DNA from: a virus
Taxonomy: Duplodnaviria; Caudoviricetes
Reading direction: 5' to 3' (one strand)
DNA length: 64,000 nt
Virus record (IMG/VR): IMGVR_UViG_3300021255_002694
The notes under the pieces are model-generated. The model searched no databases, was not told where the DNA came from, and was given only the letters and a program-made list of their open reading frames with translations. The position numbers and the translations under genes were made by a program. Of this stretch, positions 9,877 through 21,000 are shown piece by piece. Numbering within the stretch: the first letter of the stretch is position 1; every line of letters starts with the position of its first letter.

Positions 9877-11334
9877 TTGAATGATATATTAAATAGAGGG
9901 TTTGTAAGACCTTATGTTGAATTTAATTTTGCAAATGGTTCAATAGATACTCCGATGCCAAAGTATTTTGTAAGTTTTCATCAAGATAGAAGCGTTGAAG
10001 AATCTGCATCTTTTGAACTTACATTAACATATGTTCCAGGAATGTACAATGAACAAGATGCACTTGATATGCATAAAATGATACTAGCATCTGTCAATCA
10101 GCCTGTAACATACACTTACGGATATGTAACTCCTGACGGTGGATTACAGTTACAGGAAACTTATTATAAAGGAATATTTACTAAATACACAGAAGATTTG
10201 AATGATGGATACTTAACATATAAGATAATAGGAGTTGGAAGTTCTGTTGAGAATATTACTCCGGAATGTAATATAGAGACATTCTTATCAGGTGTTAGAA
10301 AAGCATCATCCAAAGCAAAACCAAGTGAACTTGTTTCATCTGCAATTAGAAGTGTTATCGGTATAAAAGAACTTTTCGAGGGTTTTGATATAACTGATAT
10401 AGACCACACTGATGAAGAAGTTGATACTTCAACGATTCAAATAAAGAATGGAACTGTTAGAGATGTTTTTTCAGGTTCATATAATGCTGATGGAACACAA
10501 AGCCCAACTGGATTTGCATACTACAGTTATAGAAATTTTACACCAGAACAAGCGCTTGCATCCGGTATGTTATCAAAAAATGTGGCAAGAGATAATTCAG
10601 CATACAATATTGTTAATGCATATGCATCATCTAGTTTAACTGATGGTCTTGTTGAAGCACATAAAACATATGAAATGACAAGAAAAATGCCATTTGTGTG
10701 TTATTTTGATAACTGCGTAGACAGTAAAGGTTCTCCAATGAAAGGTTCTTTTCATTATAAAGAGAAGTTCACAAGACAGGTAACAAATACATATTACTAC
10801 AATGTTGGAAACAGTTTTATAGATAGTGATGTATTAAGTTTCAGTGTATCTGTAGATGATACAGTTGCTATGGCTACAGTATCAGGTCTTAATGGTGTGA
10901 GTACAGATATTGATTATACTGGTGATCTTATTGGATCATCATTCAATCACGTTCAAACTACTGGATGGCATAAGAATACATATAATACAGTTTCAGGATT
11001 TAATGAGGGTGCGTGGATGACTTCAACTGTTGTTGCAGATGCTCTAAATTTTCCATTTGAAGCAACTATGACAGTTATAGGTCAAACAAAATTGAATAAA
11101 CTTCTTGACAAAGTTCACGTTGTTGTGATGCTTAACGGTGCAGAACATCCAGGACTTACAGGAGATTATGTTATTCTTGGAATAGAAGATGATGTATCTG
11201 AAAGCGGATATACAACAACATTTAGACTGCTTAGAGATAATGGTACATTTGAATCTCCGCAAGATTATTTAACTTCTGCAAGTGATGAGGTTGCACAGCA
11301 AGTTCAAGAAACACTTAAAAACGATTGGAAGTGA
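9877..11334 (+). CDS. Baseplate hub protein (gp27/gpD-like)
   Basis: Position, plus C-terminal A.MTVIG...G.Y.I..I.D.VS..GYTT.F.L.R motif. Confidence 0.65.
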   Translation: MNDILNRGFVRPYVEFNFANGSIDTPMPKYFVSFHQDRSVEESASFELTLTYVPGMYNEQDALDMHKMILASVNQPVTYTYGYVTPDGGLQLQETYYKGIFTKYTEDLNDGYLTYKIIGVGSSVENITPECNIETFLSGVRKASSKAKPSELVSSAIRSVIGIKELFEGFDITDIDHTDEEVDTSTIQIKNGTVRDVFSGSYNADGTQSPTGFAYYSYRNFTPEQALASGMLSKNVARDNSAYNIVNAYASSSLTDGLVEAHKTYEMTRKMPFVCYFDNCVDSKGSPMKGSFHYKEKFTRQVTNTYYYNVGNSFIDSDVLSFSVSVDDTVAMATVSGLNGVSTDIDYTGDLIGSSFNHVQTTGWHKNTYNTVSGFNEGAWMTSTVVADALNFPFEATMTVIGQTKLNKLLDKVHVVVMLNGAEHPGLTGDYVILGIEDDVSESGYTTTFRLLRDNGTFESPQDYLTSASDEVAQQVQETLKNDWK

Positions 11335-11338
11335 TTTG

Positions 11339-11707
11339 ATGTTGGGTAAGATAGGCGGACTTATGGTCGGAGTTGTTATTGATGTTAATGATCCGGCTGG
11401 ATATAATAGAATAAGAGTTCGTATTCCGGCACTACATGGTTCTATTACTGATGAAGTTTATGCAAACGATAACAGCGGTAGATCAGAAATAAGTAATAGT
11501 GCTTATATAAACAGAACAATAGATAGTTCAATACCGTGGGCGCAAGTTGCTTTTCCATTCGGAAGTGATGTACCGCCTGAACTAAATCAAGTTGTTGTTG
11601 TTGGATTTATAAACGGCGATCAAAATTATCCAGTTGTTTTAGGGTGGCTTGGATATGAGTATACAAACGAGGAAAGAGCAATTCCAAAATATAATGGTAA
11701 TAGTTGA
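11339..11707 (+). CDS. Baseplate spike N-terminal OB-fold protein (gp5/gpV-like)
   Basis: GVV.DVNDP...RIRVRIP..H...PWA...P.LNQ.V.V.F.NGD.NYPV.LG motif. Confidence 0.85.
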   Translation: MLGKIGGLMVGVVIDVNDPAGYNRIRVRIPALHGSITDEVYANDNSGRSEISNSAYINRTIDSSIPWAQVAFPFGSDVPPELNQVVVVGFINGDQNYPVVLGWLGYEYTNEERAIPKYNGNS

Positions 11708-11718
11708 GGTGTAAGAGT

Positions 11719-12126
11719 ATGCTGTATACGAAATCTATAAAATATCCAAATCCATTTAGCCTTCAATCCGGTAAAACAGAAGTTAGTGATGGAGTCAAAT
11801 CAATAAATGAATGTATAGGTCTTATTCTTACAACAGCAAAAGGTGAATTGTTAGGTGATCCTGATTTTGGATGCACTTTATATGAAATACTATTTGAACA
11901 ATATTCATTGAATACGGAAGCATTGATTAAAAAAGAGATTGCTGAAAGTATCAATACTTATGAACATCGTGTTACTGTTTCTGAACAAGATGTTAATATT
12001 GAAGAAAGTATAGATGATATTGGACATAAAAACAGATACAAAATAACAATATCATATATGATAAATAACACATCAAAGATAAACACAACATCTGTGATTG
12101 TGGAGGGGCGTGATTTCTATGGCTAA
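11719..12126 (+). CDS. Baseplate wedge / sheath initiator (gp25/GPW-like)
   Basis: LILTT.KGE..GDPDFG..L...LFE...I..YE.RV motif. Confidence 0.88.
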   Translation: MLYTKSIKYPNPFSLQSGKTEVSDGVKSINECIGLILTTAKGELLGDPDFGCTLYEILFEQYSLNTEALIKKEIAESINTYEHRVTVSEQDVNIEESIDDIGHKNRYKITISYMINNTSKINTTSVIVEGRDFYG

Positions 12127-14467
12127 CGATATTCTAAAATACACGAGTAAAGATTATAAATCAATATCATCTGATTTGATTGATGCAATTCCGGCGTTGA
12201 CAGATACATGGACTAGCCGTGAAGACGGTGATCCTGGCATTGTTCTGATTAAGGAAATGTCTGCAATCGGCGATATGCTATCATATAATCTTGATAAACA
12301 AGTTCTTGAATTTTACGGACCTACTGTGACACAGAGAAAGAATGCCGCAAAACTATTTGAACTTATTGGCTATAACATGCATTGGTACAGATCAGCAATG
12401 ACAACTGTAACAATGACATACACTCCGAGAGGTTTTGGATATATTGATATTTTCAGACGAGCATCAATGGCAGATGATTCATCAATAAATGATATATACT
12501 ATGAATACAGACTTAATTATTCAAATGATTATTACATGAGAAGCGGTGATCACTTTGGATGTGTGCAGATTCCACCTGTTTCATCTTTGCCTAGTTGGTT
12601 AAATGAATTTTCATATATAGATGTGCGTGGGGAAGGAGAATGGTGTGGAACACCAAAAGAAGCTGCTGATAATCATAAAGATTTTGAACAGATAAAAAAT
12701 ACAGTTGCATTCAAAGATAATGCTAAAAAATTTAGAGGATATTCAAAAACTATCTATACTGCATGTTGTAATGATAGTTCAAATTTATTGAATCTTCATA
12801 CGTACATAGAAGATTCACAGAAACAGCTTGACATACATCCAGACGATTACAGCGGTCTTTCGTATTCAATAATACCGAGTATTAGTTCAAGGTATGTTGA
12901 TGATAGTGGAAATTACTTACCAACTATTGCGCTAAAACCATTTGAACCAACACAGATTAAAGCTATACAAGGAAATCTAAAGTCAATTACTTTTTCTGCA
13001 ACACAGCTTCAGAACAATAAATATTATTTACCTGAATCTGAACTAGATGAAGAAAATATATTTGTGTCATACAAAACAGACGCAACAAATAGATTACAAA
13101 ATTCATCTATATTTTTACAGAGAACAGATAATCTTTTGACAGAAACATATATAAGTGAAAGCAGTAAAGAAATTGAGGACTATGAATCTTCAAATGGTTT
13201 GTACGTATATTTTCAATTCAGAGTTGATGACTTTGATTACCCTTATATTGAATTGTCAAGTTACTGGAATACAGTAATTCCGGAAACCGCTCAGTTTACA
13301 ATTTATTATTTTAAGACAAGCGGTAAATATGGAAATATCACAAAGAATTTCTTAAAGCGGTATGGTCAGTACGGTTCAACAACACTATCAATAGAGAACT
13401 ATGATACAAACACATCTCAGTATGATAATAATGGTTATCTACTTAGTTATTGTGGAAAGAACCCTGAAACCGCACGAGAGGGATACATAAACTCACTTAA
13501 CTACGTAACAACATTTAACTCACTTGTTACAATTTTTGATTTTGAAAGATTTACTACTAGATTAGAGGGAATGACAAATTCTCTGGCTGTAGATAAACAG
13601 AGAATGATTGATCTTAATAAAAAGATATACAATGAATGTAGAAGTTATGATATTGATAAATTGAAATCAATTCTTGGAAAAGTTAGTGATGATGATACGG
13701 TAGAAACGCTCATAAAGAAATTATATGAGATACGTAAAGTTGTTCAAATTGATCCTAACAATATCAATCCAACTGTATTTCCGTCAGATATTCAATCAGG
13801 AAGTTCAATAGATTTTACGGATTCAGAGTTCAAGAGTTATACACTGAATATGTATCCTGTATATGGTAATTTTAGAATTACAGACGATGAAGAAAATAGC
13901 GTTGCAGAGTATATAACTCAGCGTGATAGTGATAGCAGATCATTACCATACGCATTGTATGGATTGCTTGTCAATAGAGATGAAGATGCATCTAAAGTGT
14001 GGACTTTTATTGATCGTGAATATGCAGATGTTCATATAGCAAGTGTTGAACCAAAACCAACATATGCTAGAGTATTTGATTGGTACTGTTGCGGAATAAT
14101 CCATCTTACAAAATCTGTAAGTGAAGCAGATGCAGAAAATATATTATCAAACGTAAAAAGACATTTGGCTGACGTTTTTTCTGCAAGAAATGTGAAGTTC
14201 GGTAAAAAGATCACACAGATGGAAGTAATACAGACGGTAATGGAAGCCGATCCTAGAATAAGATATTTTGATGCTGGTATAGGAGATAAAAAGGTAATTG
14301 TCTATAGCGCTCAACTAGGAGAATCTGCACCAGACTTTTTCAATATTGATGCATATTTTAATCCGGAGAGTATTATGCGATATGTTCAAAATACAGATAG
14401 TTCAAATAATTTACTCATTATTGATAGTTCATATATTCAGACAGCTAGTAATTATGTTCAGGGGTGA
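12119..14467 (+). CDS. Baseplate wedge subunit (gp6/gpJ-like)
   Basis: YTSKDY..I...W.....DPG..L......D.LSY..D motif at the N-terminus and LVT..DFE motif. Confidence 0.8.
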   Translation: MANDILKYTSKDYKSISSDLIDAIPALTDTWTSREDGDPGIVLIKEMSAIGDMLSYNLDKQVLEFYGPTVTQRKNAAKLFELIGYNMHWYRSAMTTVTMTYTPRGFGYIDIFRRASMADDSSINDIYYEYRLNYSNDYYMRSGDHFGCVQIPPVSSLPSWLNEFSYIDVRGEGEWCGTPKEAADNHKDFEQIKNTVAFKDNAKKFRGYSKTIYTACCNDSSNLLNLHTYIEDSQKQLDIHPDDYSGLSYSIIPSISSRYVDDSGNYLPTIALKPFEPTQIKAIQGNLKSITFSATQLQNNKYYLPESELDEENIFVSYKTDATNRLQNSSIFLQRTDNLLTETYISESSKEIEDYESSNGLYVYFQFRVDDFDYPYIELSSYWNTVIPETAQFTIYYFKTSGKYGNITKNFLKRYGQYGSTTLSIENYDTNTSQYDNNGYLLSYCGKNPETAREGYINSLNYVTTFNSLVTIFDFERFTTRLEGMTNSLAVDKQRMIDLNKKIYNECRSYDIDKLKSILGKVSDDDTVETLIKKLYEIRKVVQIDPNNINPTVFPSDIQSGSSIDFTDSEFKSYTLNMYPVYGNFRITDDEENSVAEYITQRDSDSRSLPYALYGLLVNRDEDASKVWTFIDREYADVHIASVEPKPTYARVFDWYCCGIIHLTKSVSEADAENILSNVKRHLADVFSARNVKFGKKITQMEVIQTVMEADPRIRYFDAGIGDKKVIVYSAQLGESAPDFFNIDAYFNPESIMRYVQNTDSSNNLLIIDSSYIQTASNYVQG

Positions 14468-14472
14468 TTTAA

Positions 14473-15165
14473 GTGTTACTGCATACAAATAAATATATCC
14501 CACAAGTATATAGAAAAAGCAGAGATATTCAAGTGTTTACGTGGCTACTAGATATACTTATGACAGACTGTAAACACGATATTGATTCTATATATTATAT
14601 ATACGATGCCATGAAGTGCAAAGAGCAGTTTTTACCATTACTTGCAAACACTCTGAACTATAAATATGATTACACAGTAACAACATTACTTAACAGACGT
14701 ATAGTTGATGCATTTATCACAATGGAAAAGTATAAAGGTTCTGCTATAGGAATGAAAGTTGCTACAGCACTTTGTCTGATCTCTGCAAAGCTATCTCAGA
14801 ATAATCTTGAACTTGTTGTTGACTATCTAAATGATGCAGTGTATGCAGAAGCATTATCAAAGCTCAGTATAAGGTTTGATTATGAAAACGCAATAATAAG
14901 AATAGACTATCCAAATATCTTTATAAAGGCAACAAACTTGATTGACTACGTAAGACCAGTTGGAATGTGTGTTATTGAAAGATCATATGAACCAATGGAC
15001 TTAAACTCAGATGTTATGTTGCTTTATGCAGATGCAAGCATTGAAGTTCATAAATACAATCCGGTAGTTGATTCCGGTGTTGATAAAACATACGTAAACT
15101 TCTCAACTGTTGGAGATTCAAAATTATTTAGTGATCTGAATGATGAATTGAACTTTAATGAATAA
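14473..15165 (+). CDS. Baseplate protein (gp7/P2 gpI-like)
   Basis: FLPLLA..L.Y...KYKGS..G and .RPVG motifs; follows gp6/J. Confidence 0.65.
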   Translation: MLLHTNKYIPQVYRKSRDIQVFTWLLDILMTDCKHDIDSIYYIYDAMKCKEQFLPLLANTLNYKYDYTVTTLLNRRIVDAFITMEKYKGSAIGMKVATALCLISAKLSQNNLELVVDYLNDAVYAEALSKLSIRFDYENAIIRIDYPNIFIKATNLIDYVRPVGMCVIERSYEPMDLNSDVMLLYADASIEVHKYNPVVDSGVDKTYVNFSTVGDSKLFSDLNDELNFNE

Positions 15166-16870
15166 GGCGGTGATTTCATTGGAATTTGGCATTATAAATA
15201 ATGTTGAAATAAGTGTAATGAATAAATATACACACGTTATAAAGAAAACAGTTAGAACACATAATAAAGCAACACGAAACATGGTTGAAGGCATTATGAG
15301 ATTTTTAATGGGACACTTTAATGCAACAAGTCTCAATGATAAACCACAGTATTCAGATGATATAGAGAAGAAATATATACCAAGATACATAGGATTCGGT
15401 AACGGTGGAGTTGTTGATGTTGAAAATACAAGATCATATTACTACGGTTCTAATGTACCAGTTTTATCACCATCATGGAATTCATATGTTCCTTATAACT
15501 CATCTAAGTTGCAACGTGAAATTTTTGATGGTAAAAAATTTGAAGTTAATTTAATAACTGACACATTTGCAGATACAGAAGAAGATAAGTACAGCACACC
15601 GGAAATAGTAAAACGATCTGAAATGGATTCAATGATGTTTTTCGTTGAAATTTTACCGGATGATATACCAAGAGTAGCTTCGAGCGACCGTGTAAAATCA
15701 TTTTTTATAACAGAAGTTGGATTGTATTCATCCGATGATAGTTCCGGAAAACTTTTAGCACATGTTAAACTCAATAATCACATAGATCACTCTAGTGGTG
15801 ATTTTTTAGAAAATATAACTCAGGAAGATTTGAAGTGTAATAGTGGAATTGTAACATTCAATGTTCCGAATAATTCTGAAATTCCTTCTAGTGACTATCT
15901 TGAAAGAACCGCGATTGTAGTAAACGGAATAAAGGGTGGAACATTTGAGGTAACTATTGATGGTTCTGTATATAGAGATAAAGAAGAAACTCCTGGAAAG
16001 TTGTATCTCATGACTAAGGACGGGTATTCACAGAATATAAGTGGAATAGTTGACTATGATTCAGGTATATTGAGAATATATGATCTTCCAGAGTCAAAAA
16101 CAAAAGCAACCGTCAAGTACACTGTAAATCAAAATATGACAATGAATACAGATGCATTATATGTTGGTGAAAATGATTCTATAGTTGTTAGATGGGTTAT
16201 AACATTTGCGGCAATAGGAAAAGATAACGTATTCAGACTTGTAACAACTGAAAACGGAGAATCTGTAGATCATGATGTTATTGAAATTCCTAATCTTGCA
16301 GATGTACCTGTTATTCCACTTGAAAACTTGCCACAGGAAAATACAGAACCATTGATAACAATAGATCGTTCTTCAACTCGTTATGATGATAATGATCCGG
16401 TTGAGATTGAAAATCATAATATCACAGGAACGCTTTTATATGGTATACCAGAGGCACATCACCCATCTTACTGGTTCTCAGTGTATAATCTTGATGATTG
16501 GAGTTCAGTGTATCAACCTAACGGAAGCCTAATTGTAACCGGATACGCACTATACATAGATATCACGTTCCCTTATCTCGGCATTGGAAGTAACAGTTTT
16601 CCGGCATTACAAGATGGAACAGAGTTACTTTGTGTGTGCAAAGTTGATGGAACTGTAAAACATCGAAAGAGTGATGCAAGTATTGAAACTGTGAATCTTA
16701 ATGCTGGTTACTTCTCAAATACATCTGTCTGGAAAGGTGTTATAGATACAGTGCTTGTAATACCAGAAAATGCAACAACACTAACATTAACCACATATAA
16801 AGCAGATACATTAGAGATCATTAGAAATGATATATATAATCTAAACTTTACATATGAACCTCATTCATAA
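15158..16870 (+). CDS. Tail fibre/collar attachment protein, paralog 1
   Basis: ITEVGLY...LLAHV and IVVRWVITF motifs typical of tail-collar domains; paralogous to the next gene. Confidence 0.55.
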   Translation: MNKAVISLEFGIINNVEISVMNKYTHVIKKTVRTHNKATRNMVEGIMRFLMGHFNATSLNDKPQYSDDIEKKYIPRYIGFGNGGVVDVENTRSYYYGSNVPVLSPSWNSYVPYNSSKLQREIFDGKKFEVNLITDTFADTEEDKYSTPEIVKRSEMDSMMFFVEILPDDIPRVASSDRVKSFFITEVGLYSSDDSSGKLLAHVKLNNHIDHSSGDFLENITQEDLKCNSGIVTFNVPNNSEIPSSDYLERTAIVVNGIKGGTFEVTIDGSVYRDKEETPGKLYLMTKDGYSQNISGIVDYDSGILRIYDLPESKTKATVKYTVNQNMTMNTDALYVGENDSIVVRWVITFAAIGKDNVFRLVTTENGESVDHDVIEIPNLADVPVIPLENLPQENTEPLITIDRSSTRYDDNDPVEIENHNITGTLLYGIPEAHHPSYWFSVYNLDDWSSVYQPNGSLIVTGYALYIDITFPYLGIGSNSFPALQDGTELLCVCKVDGTVKHRKSDASIETVNLNAGYFSNTSVWKGVIDTVLVIPENATTLTLTTYKADTLEIIRNDIYNLNFTYEPHS

Positions 16871-16894
16871 ATTATATTTTAGGTGGTGTGTTTC

Positions 16895-18040
16895 ATGAAA
16901 TTTGATATTTTCAATAATGTAGAAATAAACATACTTGATGCTGAAACTAGAGATATTAAAAAATCATTTTCAACTCATAATAAAGCAACTAGAAATATGG
17001 TTAAGGGTATTATCAGCTTTCTCAGTGGAAATTTTACATATGCACATGTAGTTGAACCTGACGAAACAGACGCAAGAAAATTTATACCGTGTTTTATTGG
17101 ATTTGGCAGCGGCGGTTTTAATGGATATGATTCTGATGGAGTTCCGATAATTGATGAAAATTGGAACGGATTTGTTGACTATAATTCAACAAAATTAGTT
17201 AAAGAGATTCCAAATTCAAGATCAAGGATTCGTAAGATAGATAATACGTTTGTCGATAGTAATACAGGCAAAAAACTTAATAGTGCCGGAGATATGGATT
17301 CAATAATACTACATTGTGAAATCAGTCCAGATGTTCTGAATGCTAAATATCAAGATGAACCTGTATATGTTTCTGAAATAGGTCTTTTCCCAAATTCCGT
17401 TGGAGACAATATGCTTGCATGTGTTAGAACTGATGATTTTAGTATGACACAAGAATATACTGTTACGCATGTATACCCTGGTTCTGAATACGGAGTAGAT
17501 AGATCAATTACGAACAGTCAGTTTATGGTCGGTCTATTTAGACCTACAAATATAATATATAGTATGATTGGTAATATAACATTAAAAAGCGAGTATTCTT
17601 TTTATAGTCCACGAGTTAGATTCCACTTAGATAAAAATAATGATTTAATATCAGAAAACGCATCATCTTGGAGTTCATATAACTCTATACCAGATATTGT
17701 TATAGGACATTTAGACAGATACATAGTGACTATAGATATGGATAAGTTTAGAGAGGCATCACAATTTCCATATGTATTAAAAACAGAAGGAAACTTCAAC
17801 GGGGGTATTATACAAGCTGGCGTATCACAAGAAACAAAGGTGATAACAATACCAGCCCTAATACTTCAACCGAATGATGTTATGTCAATAAAGTGGACAA
17901 TTACAATAGCATCCATCGGACATAACTCTACAATATTTGAAAATAAGGATATAAGAGATGAAACTGGTGATACTATTGATAACAATGTTGATGGCAACAG
18001 TTCACAAATCTCAAAAATTGTTGTGATTGATGATCATTAA
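16895..18040 (+). CDS. Tail fibre/collar attachment protein, paralog 2
   Basis: Shares NNVEI...THNKATRNMV.GI..FL.G.F, EIGLF and IKWTITIA with the previous gene. Confidence 0.55.
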   Translation: MKFDIFNNVEINILDAETRDIKKSFSTHNKATRNMVKGIISFLSGNFTYAHVVEPDETDARKFIPCFIGFGSGGFNGYDSDGVPIIDENWNGFVDYNSTKLVKEIPNSRSRIRKIDNTFVDSNTGKKLNSAGDMDSIILHCEISPDVLNAKYQDEPVYVSEIGLFPNSVGDNMLACVRTDDFSMTQEYTVTHVYPGSEYGVDRSITNSQFMVGLFRPTNIIYSMIGNITLKSEYSFYSPRVRFHLDKNNDLISENASSWSSYNSIPDIVIGHLDRYIVTIDMDKFREASQFPYVLKTEGNFNGGIIQAGVSQETKVITIPALILQPNDVMSIKWTITIASIGHNSTIFENKDIRDETGDTIDNNVDGNSSQISKIVVIDDH

Positions 18041-18062
18041 ACCTTATAAGGGGGAATTTTGA

Positions 18063-21000
18063 ATGTTTCAAGATTTAAGTAACACAAGTTTGACGAAAAT
18101 ATCTCCTGAAAGAACAAAAGCAAGTCCGTCTGTTCGTTCTGAAAATGATGGCTCTTTTAATTCAGAAGAAAATTTACGTTGGATTTCAAGAAAGATCACA
18201 TCAAAACCGTACATTGTTGGAAAAGATACAGCCGAGGTTAATAATTCTCTGAAACCTAGCGTATCCGCATTCGGAATGTACATAGGCAAGGGAATGTTTG
18301 ATATTGATGGATATTTGTTCAAAGTTGAGGGTGGAAATGAACAAATTTCATATGATGCTGACAGTAGTAATGCCGCTCCATTTGTTCTTGATACACAGTA
18401 TGTTCAACGCTTTGTTGGTGACATGATAAGATACGGAGATCAGAATAAAGAAATTCGTTGTGAATATTCTGATTTTTGTTTCAGTGAATACGATCCAGGA
18501 AATCAAAACAATGATACGTCTGATGTGAAAGATTTGTGGGAAACAGCGCTTGCAGAACATAATGTTATTGGATTTGTTCGTATTGTCTACAGCAGTGAGT
18601 ATCTATCACAACTTGATAACAGCGGACATGGTACGATATGGTATAAAGATTCAAATGGTAATATTATTGGAAGTCTTGCTGTTAGAAATTCAATAAGTTC
18701 ATCGTACATGACACCCGATGAAATTAGAACAAGCATTTTTAATGATGGTGTTGATCAGTATACATCAATATGTAATGAATTTAATAATGAATTGCATACA
18801 TATTATCCAGTATATGTTGAAACAGATGATAATGATTCAGCCGTTATTGTGTTTACAGATGTATTTGGATTTACATGGCAACATGCCGTGAGAAAATTTA
18901 GCACAAGCACATACCCGAGTACAGTTTCAAATCTAATTGATATGGATGCATCATCTGTTGGCGCTCAGAATCCGTTTAATGGTGTATCACAATTTCAGTG
19001 TAAATTGGACACATATCCAAATAATAGATATATGTATAATATGCTATATGATTCAGGAAGTTCATACATCAGAAAAACAAGCGGAGTAAGTGGATCAATA
19101 CAATCAATCATGCGTACATTTTCACATGTTCAAAAGTTTAGAATAAGTGATCTTCATTTGTCTGTTTCAGATCAAATAATTCCATCTATCGAGAACAATC
19201 TTTCTTATTATTGCATTACAAACATACCTGATGAAATGAAACTAACAAATGGTGTATATACAAGACCTGTTGCATTATTTACATCAGAGGGAAGTTTATG
19301 TACTGATGGACTAATTACAGGACTTAGTACAAATTATGCATATGATGGAACAGGTAGTTCTATTGAATCATATGTACACTTTATTAAACGTCAGTATTTG
19401 AATGAAACACAGGGACAGTGGAGTGAAGATGCCATAAAAGGCGTAACAAGAGAACAAGTAGTTAATTGGAATGGATTTTCTACTTTTTACAATACATACA
19501 TTGCTCCTGCAATGTCTGAATATCTTAATCTGTGTTATTATTCACTGATGGAGAATGTATTTTACGGAACAGCATCAACTGATTCTAAAAATATAAAGAT
19601 GCATAATTCCGGAAAGTATATACAGAATATCACAGGAGCAACCGCAAACGAATTTTCAACTGATTATACATTTAACGCAACAAAACATAGAAATGGAAGT
19701 GCTACTCCGGAACAGGTACAGAAAACACTTCGTTTTGAATCAGATACAACATCTGATAAATACAAAACAAGATTGTTTGTCGATAGAAATTCTGGAAGTG
19801 TACCACTTCTTAATGGATTAACATACTACAGACAGTATGCATTTGATTCTGAAAACTCTGATATGCAGTTAATGCTAGAGGACCCACTCCTATTTTTGAG
19901 ACATTGCGTTGGAAGTGCGTTCGGTGTATCAAACATGAATTTACTACTTCCGGACAACAGCGTAGCTACTATAGGCGGAAATGTTCAAGTTGATGATTAT
20001 TTTGCACCAAAGAGACAGACTATTGACGATACATGCTTTGAACTATCAACATACAATTCAATTCTAAGATCAAACGGTACAATAACAAGTTCTGTTGCAT
20101 CATCACTTAGTTACAGTTTTTATAGAAACACATGGGAAATGCGTATCCCTACAACTATATCAATAAATAAAGAAAGTCTTAACTATTTGTGCGGCAGAGA
20201 TTATGATGATCCGACTAAGTATGATGGTTTTACATTTGGATTTAAGATGCCACATGAAGTCAAAGATTCTGAATTATATGTTTTTGATACACTTATATCC
20301 ACATGTAGACAGGGTGAATCTTACGATGTTGAGCAATCAAGTAGATTGCCGTTCTATGCATCTGAAAAAATACGCATAAAGAGAGAAGCCTTTATTCACA
20401 CAAGCAAGATTTATGGTGACGATAACAAGGATTTCAATAATACTGTAAAAGGAATTGCAAATGATCTAATATCTGAATCTCTTGATGGATACGATCTATC
20501 CGATTTTCCAAAGACTGAGGATGCCTTAATAGATCATATTGATTACGGACCAAAAAATCAGATTCAAATTGTTGGAAATCCGAACATGCCGTGTGCATTA
20601 AATACTCAGTATAAACCAAATACAAATTCAAATGTTGTATTTAGATATTACAGAGATAGTTCAACATATCCATATGTTGATAAAATACAAGTATACCTTG
20701 ACTCTGGAACAGTTGCAACAGCCACATCTGAATTTATATTTAAGTTTTATTGTTCAGGCGGAGAATTGAGACTTGTTGGTTGTCCGTCAGGTGGAAGTGT
20801 AAATACGTTTTACGCAGCAATAATGAATCAACCAACAACTGCTAATGTCATTACAGATACAGGTAGTAGCGAGAACGTAGTTACGAGAATACTAACTCCA
20901 AAAGAAATGTACTATGGAATAACAGTAAAAGCTGGATGTGAAGTTCCATCGGATACCGGATTACTGTTTGTTCCAATGCTTTGTTCTGATAAAGCATATG

